A stretch of DNA of 64,000 nt, taken from contig DASTCY010000038.1 of NCBI GenBank assembly GCA_035710725.1, positions 7,495 through 71,494 on the forward strand, read 5' to 3'. Each line of letters starts with the position of its first letter. The stretch's first letter is position 1. The translations under genes were made by a program, and so were the position numbers. Origin of the DNA: Candidatus Sulfotelmatobacter sp. Its GTDB lineage: Bacteria > Acidobacteriota > Terriglobia > Terriglobales > Acidobacteriaceae. This document shows, piece after piece, positions 36,501 through 41,544 of the stretch. The notes under the pieces were generated by a model. That model had not been told where the DNA came from. It saw only the letters and a program-made list of their open reading frames with translations, and did not search any database.

Positions 36501-37443
36501 CTCGAATCTCCCGAACATTCAAGCAGGGAACCTCATCTGGTTCACTGCCGTCGTGAACAACGTGAGCGGCCTGCCGGCGAGCCAACAGGTGAAGCTGTAT
36601 CTGACAAACTCGAGTATCAGCTTTACTGCGAATAACAGCAGTTACACCGTGCCTGTAGCAAATTCGGTGGTGACCTTCAACTCCGCTTCGCAAAGCTCCG
36701 GCGCAAAAACTGGGTACGATCTCGCCAACAATCGTTGGAGCACGAACGTGGCGAAGACGGGCCTGACCGGAAACACATTCGTAGCTGGTGTCGCATTCCA
36801 GGTGCCGACGGGTGGATTCCCAACCGGCATCCAGAATGTTACGTGGTCGTCCTCTTACTCCACAGATACGCCCGGCGTGACGCTGCAATGGCAGTGGGCT
36901 GCTGGCGTGTATACCTCCTTGAACACAACATACGCGACTAGCACGAACAGCAACGTGTTGGGCGTAAATCCGGAGGATGGGTCTGGCAATGCGTATGGAA
37001 GCGATCCGGCAGGAACGCCCGAAGCCTACAAGCAGTTTGCAACCTTCGGGGCCACCGGCGGCTTCTTCAGCGCAGCCTCGGGTGTTGTTCCAACTGTTGC
37101 CCAGATGAGCGTGTCACCTAGCAGCCTCAGCTTCGGCTCGCAGACTGTCGGGACCGTGAGCGGGCAGCAGATCGCAGTGCTGACCAACAACTACACTAAC
37201 TCATTTAACATTTCGGGTATCTCGGTCGGCGGGACGAATGCGGCGGATTTCAGCCTGGTGCCGAACGGCCCCAGCACTCCCAATAACTGTCTGGCTGTAA
37301 CCAGCTTGCCCTCGGGAGCAAGCTGTACGCTGTATGCAACCTTCACGCCGAGTTTCCCGAATTTTGAATCCGCGAAAATCGCAATTACCGACGGCGCAAA
37401 TAACAGCCCGCAGACGGTATTCCTTACGGGAACGGGACAGTAG
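24514..37443 (+). CDS. giant (~4309 aa) exported multi-repeat surface protein: Kelch propellers + Ig-like repeats + MBG-type repeats + beta-helix-like module + ASH/choice-of-anchor-D-like domains
   Basis: Single uninterrupted ORF. ATG 24514 gives MKRAPKGLLILLVLFCFAGLLKA as signal peptide. Approximate map from reading the translation follows. 24.6-25.7 kb: Kelch-like blades (GRVLIAGGDN...IEIYDP). 26.3-28.1 and 29.0-29.6 kb: ~100-aa Ig-like units (TTT..S..NPS.FGQSVTFTA...Y.GD.NF..S). 29.6-30.8 and 32.2-34.8 kb: ~80-aa MBG-type units (YDGNSHTATG.. / YGDA.P...GF.N.ET). 31.0-31.8 kb: second propeller-like region. 35.3-35.7 and 37.1-37.4 kb: LTNVGDAPLTL...GPNAGDF type domains. 35.7-36.5 kb: Gly/Ser/Asn-rich beta-helix-like module. 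Confidence 0.9.
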   Translation: MKRAPKGLLILLVLFCFAGLLKATLPQILIGNWTTTSNLSQARSNAASVLLADGRILIIGGDGGSGALQSAEFFGTDGTVSAAAAMNGARSRHFAVVMGDGRVLVGGGTTTGGGTTNTAEIYDPSANSWTQISPLTTARANATAAVLQDGRVLIAGGDNSGVPNNTIEIYDPSTGNFSFAGTLSSPRTQHAMAVLQDGRVLIVGGFDGTNSLASSDIFDPVAGSISAGPNLATARYAHSATTLFNGQVAVIGGAGAGANGTVDLASIELFDPMVGTFTTSSATLTTAREGHQAFLLPNNNSVVIAGGTSTGVAQASAEMFTPQISTSNGAWTYAVTATGSINSARAALTGSANQANGPTSTVTPKPGFVFVAGGTDANSNALNSTEAYGYPTVQTDQGDYPPGTTVNISGNGFKAGESVAITLVESPLIDTHGPYTVTADANGNIADSSFTTDSHDLNVRFFLNVVGSQSGVQAQNTFTDSKPNTVTVGTQSPNPVAPGSAAQYTVTVNFNGNGNPCTSPLSVNSALPTGATASFSPSSVTGTNGSNVNSSLTITTTGATPPGSTNFTVLAANGGGQCQAGTATGSGTLIVVENTTTSLATSLTPSTFGQSVTLTATVAKVTGPTTPTGGTVTFLDGATQIGTATLSNGTATLPISTLTAGSHSLTASYGGVTNQFGASTSSAINQTVNEASTTTSVSSASGTAGQGSVTLNANVTANSPSTATVNEGTVTFTVKQGATTIGTVTSGTVTGGAASANFSLTSVSAGSYSISATYNPATTNPNFTTSTAATPGTLTVNATSTTTTVSSSTNPSAFGQSVTFTAKIAPASGTATPTGTVQFVVDGSNFGTPVNVASCAPSPDACATSISTSTVSVGPHSVVANYSGDGNYSASSSTTLTQTVNEASTTTTLTSSANPSVFGQSVTFTASVTINAPGTGTIPTGETVTFKDGASTLGTGTTNAAGVATFTTSSLSVATHSVTAVYAGDTNFATSTSNTVSQVVTKAATTTSITSDLSTATVVGQSYSVSASVAVTAPGAGTIPNGDTVTVSDGTASCTITLNSAAGSCNLTSTTAGAKTVTATYNGDQNFNGSASAGVAHTVNKANTTTAISSNTPNPSTVGQAVTINYSVSVNSPGAGTPTGNVTVSDGVGDSCTASVAANSCQITFNTAGTKTLTATYAGDTNFNTSASTTANQTVNPKLAFTSAVFATLTGLCSPQISVQIQNANGSAATLTTATVLNPSSSSGAAKFFSDAACSTQINSVTINAGASTGNFFYEDGTVGTPTITVASTGLTSVVQAEAITGLRFGTTAFSVAVNACSPAITLQSANTQGGNPTSLTQTTTINLSSSSAGGKFYSDAACTTQIASTTIGPSIDAGHDSPSFFYKDANAGTPTLTGSAGTASATQAETITKLTPTFTVPASQSITFGTATLTLSGTIASGTNFPPSGETVNITINGVTTPATIGNNGAFSTSIDTHAIPASATPYTITYNYAGDANFNSATNTATTLTVNKGTTSTSLASSQNPSFTSQQVTFTATVSLTTGSGVPTGSVQFQDGGVNVGSPVALTNNGGVFTATFQTSSLSVGTHNITTVYSGDNNFGGSTSNSVSQVVNNPATTTAVSSSLNPSNFGQSVMFSVTVTSRAGTPTGSVVLYDGACGTNPISGAIALNSGGQASFTTSALSAASHTIFACYTPTGVFLASSGSVVQIVNKATAQISVTPYNVFYDGMSHTATGTATGVGGADLSADLNLSGTTHTNAGDYPSDGWTFTDPAGNYNSASGSVHDVIGKATAQITVTPYNVTYDGNSHTATGTATGIGGIDLSADLNLTGTTHTDAKTYSDTWTFTDPTGNYNSASNTIQDVINQVLVTITLSNLTQTYDGNPKAVTFIASPNRGGVVVTYTGLSVTYPASQNPPITAGTYTVTAMTTDPNFAGNASGTLTINKATPIINWSNPADITYGTALSGTQLNAAATFNNGSVTGTFTYNPPAGTVLPAGNAQTLSTDFAPDDAIDFNAVLGTTVLINVKADPLYVISSDGARAFGVANPAFTPTIEGLVNGDTAASIGNPSCASTANSTSTLGTYAALCSGVTSTNYNVTYVNGTLSITNPLSTITVIKDKNGDSGSETLQIGQTDVLTAFGQFADNNTRALASAGGMSFSRGDLTTPVYGAAVAEAGGMLYAIGGTDASHTVQKIIQAYNPKTNTWNTISAQLATARTNAAVASSAGRIFVVGGSDGNNPLASIEVLDTTSGTPTISAFSGSLSMARKNAAAVVWKQTLYVIGGDNGSNPQSTVDIFDLVHGTSSASDAGTALDASAAVLNNKLYVFGTNSGSVQVITFDGTNWSGPSTAGPLDASKGVGAVAFTNLIYVVNGSNVWSYDGTNFAQESNPLGNEHDSAQPVAIGSRLYVASAGSAATNSKLDAFAPDEVNWSTADSTKATIDNAGNLAAVGRTDPNTVALTATSLASSSITGGFQLTVIRKTQTINFGALSNQTYGNAEFLISAASVDSSNNPTNLVVNFSAGAGDSCTVGASTLSGGTSSATVHITGAGSCTITAAQPGDDSTWSPAQSVLQSFTINKATPTVVVSFASPITYDGNSHAATAVVTGVNNTVLSASDGTVTITYTPGASTAPVGAGSYSASAHFASSNPNYNDADSTTAASLTINKAHLTVTADDQSRFYGDANPSLTATITGFVNNETLSTSGVTGIAYCTTSATPASPVSGSPYAITCTQGSLAASNYDFTNFVAGKLTVNKAHLTVTANDKSRGYGDANLMFDATISGFKNNEIPATSGVTGYASCTSIANATSSVAGSPYDITCTVGTLAAGNYDFTSFVTGHLTITRAHLSVAADNQQRIYGDPNPAFTFKLNGFKNSETAATANVSGSPTLATTATATSSVAGSPYPITVIDAGTLSAPNYDFPAANFVNGALTVTPRPATWTTNPNSKTYGDADPSPLTTGSGTNFITADGVTATYTRVAGETVAGGPYHITATLAPAAVLSNYNITNAGADFTVSKRNATWTTNPSDKTYGDADPSPLTTGSGTNFITADGITATYARTAGETVAGSPYHITATLSSTVPYALNNYNVTNTGASFTIKARNATWTTNPSGKTYGDADLTPLTTGSGTNFVTADGVTATYTRVAGETVGGGPYHITATLAPAAVLSNYNVTNAGADFTIDKRNATWTTNPNSKTYGDSDPNPLTTGSGTNFVAADGVTATYTRAAGETVSGGPYPITATLSSTVSGALSNYTITNAGASFGISQRNASVTPNPSSRTYGDSDPAFTGTLTNFVPGDGVTASYSRTAGEAVAGSPYTISATLSPAGVLGNYSITYNTAAFTITKRNASVTPNPSSKVYGSTDPVFTGTLTNFVPADNVTATYQRTVGETVPGSPYTISAALSPGAVLVNYTITYNTAQFTITPAPLTITASSGVMTYGTSPFVVTPVYSLFANGDTPLSVMPPPTCGPVFSSSTSAGPYGTSCTGAADPNYNINYVSGNVVVTQATTAALVVSSSANNTSTFMQLVTFTATVADNSAGSVGTPTGTVTFYNGNASLGTVALSVVGGQGVASLSTTSLPATSTGTYDNITAVYNGDNNFTGSTSPVLQQTVQPAPIVSLNPTALSFGNTNVGATSTGQNVTLTNVGDAPLTLGTGSISVTGPNAGDFITTTNCGSSLGYAMGSNSCTITVKFKPSETGVEVATLVITDNDDDSVGAQQFVSLTGSGLSAITGTSLYTDAIFATSNSCGALTLSGGSMVDSFNSSQGSYSASDAPGGNVGTNGNITLSGSNSAIHGTAFVDSTTTGSCSKSAVTGLTTSGGAQVTGGLMALNGPITYPAPPAANPVPPTTAQNVTSCPSGMTGCTNVSSKVVRLAPGQYGNVSISGGTTAHISAGTYNLNSLNLSGKSILYVDSGPVVVNIAGASLSNGAAAMDVTGGSIQNPSHIPANLQFAYGGSHGVNLSGGSDSYAVVYAPNALINMSGGSDFFGSVIGSTVTSSGGTNVHYDSNLPNIQAGNLIWFTAVVNNVSGLPASQQVKLYLTNSSISFTANNSSYTVPVANSVVTFNSASQSSGAKTGYDLANNRWSTNVAKTGLTGNTFVAGVAFQVPTGGFPTGIQNVTWSSSYSTDTPGVTLQWQWAAGVYTSLNTTYATSTNSNVLGVNPEDGSGNAYGSDPAGTPEAYKQFATFGATGGFFSAASGVVPTVAQMSVSPSSLSFGSQTVGTVSGQQIAVLTNNYTNSFNISGISVGGTNAADFSLVPNGPSTPNNCLAVTSLPSGASCTLYATFTPSFPNFESAKIAITDGANNSPQTVFLTGTGQ
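33295..34760 (+). repeat. six tandem ~243-bp coding repeats inside the giant gene
   Basis: The unit start (A/N)ATWTTNP / NASVTPNP recurs near 33304, 33547, 33796, 34039, 34285 and 34525. Copies 1, 3 and 4 share long near-identical DNA runs (e.g. GGGCCGTATCACATTACCGCGAC.CTGGCTCCGGCGGCGGTG.TGAGCAATTACAAC). Confidence 0.85.
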
Positions 37444-37622
37444 TCAGACCGAGCAGGAGGGCATTTGTTGTAAATTTGCACGCGTTGTGAACAACTTCGA
37501 CTAAGAACTTGTCAAGCTTGTTGCCACCTGCCACTGTGGCCAATAAATAGAAACTGGACGGGCGCCAAGGATTACACTGTGAGCAAGTGGGTCCGAGCGA
37601 TCCTCGCAACTGCCGGGGGAAT

Positions 37623-38393
37623 ATGGCGCCCTTGATACACCGCTCGATCGTAAGCAAACTTTTTATCGCCGTTTCGTGCATCTTCTCGATCTGCCTCATG
37701 GCTCTACCGGTCGTGGCCCAGCATGCCATTCCCCATACTGCTGGCGGAGTGGGTCGCACGTCGCCTCCTCCGATGGTTGTTCCGACTTCTCAGGCGCCGA
37801 TTAACCGTGTACCGATTCGCTACGCACCCATTTCCAGTACGCGAATTCCAGTGGTTCCATCAGCGGGCAACACCCTCGGGGCGGTTCGCTTTCGTTTTCC
37901 ACGTCGTCCGACTCGCCCCTTTCCCGTCGTGTTGGTCGTGTACGAATCCCCGTTTCTTTTCGGCGGGCCATTCTGGGGATTGAACGCCTGCTGGTCGGCA
38001 AGCTGCGACCTGCTCTGGTCAGGGACGCTCGATTACTCTACGATCTCTTCTCCTGGTCCGACGAACTACGTTGCCCAGAGTTCCGAGACTCCGGCGTACG
38101 CCTACGGCGAAGAAAGATCAGACCTGCCGCAGCTATTCTTGCAGGATGGCACCATCCTCAACGTGACCGACTACTGGCTGGTCGACGGCCAGCTGCATTT
38201 CACGATGATCGAGGACGAGGGCCGCAAACCCGCTGAACACGTGATCCCCTTTGACGCACTCGATCTGCAAACTACGGTCGACGAAAACACGCGGAGGGGG
38301 TTCCGTTTCATGCTGCGCAATGAACCGTGGGAGCAGTATCTGCGCGATCATCCAGAAGGGCCGCCACCGACTCTAGCGCCGCATCAGAACTGA
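37623..38393 (+). CDS. hypothetical exported protein
   Basis: ORF 37587-38393 trimmed to ATG 37623 (GGGGGA upstream). Signal/TM LFIAVSCIFSICLMALPVVAQ, then a Pro-rich region and a globular C-terminus. No motif recognised. Confidence 0.6.
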   Translation: MAPLIHRSIVSKLFIAVSCIFSICLMALPVVAQHAIPHTAGGVGRTSPPPMVVPTSQAPINRVPIRYAPISSTRIPVVPSAGNTLGAVRFRFPRRPTRPFPVVLVVYESPFLFGGPFWGLNACWSASCDLLWSGTLDYSTISSPGPTNYVAQSSETPAYAYGEERSDLPQLFLQDGTILNVTDYWLVDGQLHFTMIEDEGRKPAEHVIPFDALDLQTTVDENTRRGFRFMLRNEPWEQYLRDHPEGPPPTLAPHQN

Positions 38394-38524
38394 AACCCGA
38401 GTTCAATCCCTTTACACCACCTGTTGCAGAACAGCAATGAAGAACATCATGTGTTGCTTTTTCATTGACAAACCAATGCGCTGCCCCTAAAACCTAGGGA
38501 CTGGACCTGTGGCCAGCCCGTCCG

Positions 38525-39886
38525 GTGGATGTGATTTCACTGTCAGAAACTTCGGGGAAGATTGGCGATTCTGTGGAGCAACGCGGGTTGCGCCGTGTGC
38601 TACGTCTCCACGACCTCGTGCTGCTGATCGTCGGCACGGTGATCGGGTCGGGGATTTTTTTGGTCCCCGGAATCATTCTTCGGGACGTCGGAAACTCGTT
38701 ACCCGTGGCGCTATCGGTGTGGGTAGTGGGCGGAGTGCTGTCGCTGCTGGGCGCGCTGACATACGGCGAGTTGAGCGCGAAACAGCCGGAGGCGGGCGGG
38801 CTCTACGTCTATATTCGAGACGGTTTTGGGCGGTTTCCCGCTTTTTTGTTTGGCTGGATTCTGTTCTTCGTGGTGAGCACAGGTTCGATCGCAACCCTGG
38901 CAGTGGCATTCAGCAATTATCTGGGGGAACTTTATCCGCTGGGATTCTGGGGCGCGAAACTGGTCTCGCTCGTGATGATCGCAGTCATTGGAGTGGTGAA
39001 CGTTCGCGGAACGCGGCAGAGCGCGAACCTGCAAAACGTGACGACGATTGCCAAGGTGCTCGCGATCGTGGCAATGGCGGCGCTATTGCTATGGTTTGGA
39101 AATCAGTTTCATTCGAATGCTGTAGCGGCGGCCGCGATGACGCCGAGTTCTCGGCTCTCGGGAATCGGCCTCGCGATGGTCAGCGTGCTGTGGGCGTATG
39201 AAGGATGGCAATATGCGACGTTTTCCGCAGGCGAGACGGTGAGGCCGCGAAGAGACTTTCCTTTGGCGTTTTTGATCGGTGTGCTGGTGCTGGTGGGGGT
39301 CTACATCTTCGCCAACTTAGGATATGTGGCGGCGCTCGGTACGTCAGGGGTGTCGGTATCGAATCGCGTGGCGGCGACGGCGGTTGCGACCACGCTCAGT
39401 CCGGCGATCGCGAAGGGCGTCACCATCGCGATTTTGATTTCCATGTTCAGCGCGGCAAACTCGATCACGCTGACTTCGCCACGAGTCTATTACGCGATGG
39501 CGAAGGATGGATTGTTCTTTCGTCGGTTGGCAGAGGTGCATCCGCGATTTGGGACTCCGGCCTTCGCGATCGGGGCGACGGTGTTCTGGGCGTCAGTGCT
39601 GGCGGCCAGCGGAACCTTTGAGCAACTGCTCACGTACGTGGTGTTTATCGGCTGGAGTTTCTATGCAGTGGCGGCGGCGAGCATCTTTGTTTATCGCAAG
39701 CGTGAAGCGGGCGAAGCCAAATCGTCGTATCGGGTGCCGGGATATCCGTGGACCCCGCTGACGTTCATCGCCGTCGTCATTGCATTTGTTCTGAATACAA
39801 TTGTCGCGCAGCCGGCGCGCGCGGGCATTGGCTTGGCCGTCGTACTGACGGGAGTGCCGGCCTATTTCATCTGGCGGCGGCGCTGA
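38525..39886 (+). CDS. APC-superfamily amino acid permease
   Basis: 453 aa. LHDLVLLIVGTVIGSGIFLVPG signature region, 12 TM pattern. GTG start is uncertain. Possible promoter TTGACA (38465-38470) -17- TAAAAC. Confidence 0.82.
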   Translation: MDVISLSETSGKIGDSVEQRGLRRVLRLHDLVLLIVGTVIGSGIFLVPGIILRDVGNSLPVALSVWVVGGVLSLLGALTYGELSAKQPEAGGLYVYIRDGFGRFPAFLFGWILFFVVSTGSIATLAVAFSNYLGELYPLGFWGAKLVSLVMIAVIGVVNVRGTRQSANLQNVTTIAKVLAIVAMAALLLWFGNQFHSNAVAAAAMTPSSRLSGIGLAMVSVLWAYEGWQYATFSAGETVRPRRDFPLAFLIGVLVLVGVYIFANLGYVAALGTSGVSVSNRVAATAVATTLSPAIAKGVTIAILISMFSAANSITLTSPRVYYAMAKDGLFFRRLAEVHPRFGTPAFAIGATVFWASVLAASGTFEQLLTYVVFIGWSFYAVAAASIFVYRKREAGEAKSSYRVPGYPWTPLTFIAVVIAFVLNTIVAQPARAGIGLAVVLTGVPAYFIWRRR

Positions 39887-39893
39887 GGAGATC

Positions 39894-41525
39894 ATGACTG
39901 GAATAACCAATCGATCGGCAAATTTCACCACGAATCGGAGACGATTTGTGCGATCGCAATTTTCGGCATTCGCTTCGAGTTGTCTTCTCTCCATTGCTCT
40001 TGCGCTGCTGGCCCTTCCATCCACGGCGCAGTCCAAGAAGCAACCACAGGCCGCGCCGCCAAGTCCCGTTGCTGATCTTGGGCAACTGGTTCCTGCAGAG
40101 ATGCAGAAGTGGAATGTGCCCGGCCTCGCGATCGCGGTGGTGCAGAACGGGCAGGTAATTTATTCGCACGGCTTCGGGCTGCGCGACGTGAAGAACAATC
40201 TCCCGGTCACGACGAAAACACTTTTTGCGATCGGCTCGATTTCGAAGTCGTTCACTTCGCTCTCGATGGGAATTCTGAACGACCAGGGAAAGCTGGATTG
40301 GGACAAGCCGGTGCGCCAGTACATTCCGGAGTTTCAGATGTACGATCCGGTGGCGAGCGAGCGCATGACGCCGCGCGATCTGATCAGCCATCGCGTGAAC
40401 ATGGCCGGGCACGATCTGGTGTGGTACAGCTCCGATTTCAGCCGCGAAGATCTGGTGCATCGCCTGCGATTTTTGCAATCGGACCATGACTTCCGCAGCG
40501 GATACAACTACAACAACCTGCTGGTGGCGACGGCTGGATATCTGGTCGGAAGGATCGCCGGCGAGAGCTGGGAGGATTTCACCCACCAGCACGTCTTCGA
40601 GCCGCTGCAGATGAGTTCGAGCAACTTTTCGGTGGCGGATAGCCAGAAGAGTTCTGACTTTTCCCATCCATATCGCAAAGACGAGCATACGGGAGAAGTG
40701 TCGGAGATTCCATTTCACGCGCTAAGCGCGATTGCGCCGGCCGGTTCCATCAATTCGAATGTCGAAGACATGGCGCGGTACGCCATTTTCCAGCTTGGCA
40801 ATGGTAAGGTCGGTGATCGCCAAGTTATTTCGGCGGCGAATCTGAAGCTGACCCACACGGCGCAGGTTCCCATGGGACCTTCGCCGTACAAAGAAACTGG
40901 ACCATACAGCTACGCGATGGGTTGGGTGGATACTTCCTATCGCGGACATCCATTGACCTGGCACAACGGCGGGATCGATGGATTCTACGCGCTTCTGAGT
41001 CTGCTGCCCGATGACAACTTCGGAGTGGTGATTTTGACCAATCGGCTACGAAGCCCGCTGCCTGAAATTGTCGCCTACAACATTTACGATCGATTGTTCA
41101 ACTTGCCGCCAATCGAGTGGTCGAAACGATTTCAGGAGCAGGAAGAGAAACAGAAAACCGCTGCCGAACAGGAGCGCGCGAAAGAGGCGACCGAGCGAAA
41201 GCAGAATACTCATCCTTCGCATGAGTTAAAGGAGTATGCCGGCCGTTACGAGAACCCCGGCTACGGCACGCTCACGATCCAGGTAGAAGGCGATGGACTC
41301 ACGGGCAAGCTTAACAATCTGACCTTCCCACTGCGACACTATCACTATGACGTTTTCGAAACGCCGGATGAGGGCGGAGCAATCGACATAGGCAAGATGC
41401 GATTTCTGACGAATATGGCTGGAAATATCGACAGTGTCGCGGCGCCTCTGGAGCCAGACGCGCCAGAAATTATTTTCACGCGAGTTGCAGAGAAAGAGAC
41501 GAAACCTGCGGATTCGGGACAGTAA
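39894..41525 (+). CDS. beta-lactamase-fold serine hydrolase (class C / PBP4*-like), exported
   Basis: 543 aa. ATG lies 7 nt after the permease stop, with GAGGAG upstream. Signal peptide; S-x-x-K as SISKSF, Y-x-N as YNYNN; extra C-terminal domain. Confidence 0.82.
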   Translation: MTGITNRSANFTTNRRRFVRSQFSAFASSCLLSIALALLALPSTAQSKKQPQAAPPSPVADLGQLVPAEMQKWNVPGLAIAVVQNGQVIYSHGFGLRDVKNNLPVTTKTLFAIGSISKSFTSLSMGILNDQGKLDWDKPVRQYIPEFQMYDPVASERMTPRDLISHRVNMAGHDLVWYSSDFSREDLVHRLRFLQSDHDFRSGYNYNNLLVATAGYLVGRIAGESWEDFTHQHVFEPLQMSSSNFSVADSQKSSDFSHPYRKDEHTGEVSEIPFHALSAIAPAGSINSNVEDMARYAIFQLGNGKVGDRQVISAANLKLTHTAQVPMGPSPYKETGPYSYAMGWVDTSYRGHPLTWHNGGIDGFYALLSLLPDDNFGVVILTNRLRSPLPEIVAYNIYDRLFNLPPIEWSKRFQEQEEKQKTAAEQERAKEATERKQNTHPSHELKEYAGRYENPGYGTLTIQVEGDGLTGKLNNLTFPLRHYHYDVFETPDEGGAIDIGKMRFLTNMAGNIDSVAAPLEPDAPEIIFTRVAEKETKPADSGQ

Positions 41526-41544
41526 ATTTGTTGGGAGATCGAAC

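Noticed and set aside
35044-36888. 614-aa antisense ORF inside the giant gene; similar ones at 32746-33702, 31495-32295 and 29542-30003
   Set aside because: They lie fully within, and antisense to, a much longer ORF with coherent domain repeats. Translations are Arg/Ala/Gly-rich low-complexity strings typical of stop-poor frames in GC-rich DNA. No SD or motifs.
24514-37443. Diversity-generating retroelement or phase-variation switch acting on the giant gene
   Set aside because: No reverse transcriptase, template repeat, invertase or homopolymeric/short-unit tract was seen in or near the gene. Only long in-frame tandem repeats are present.
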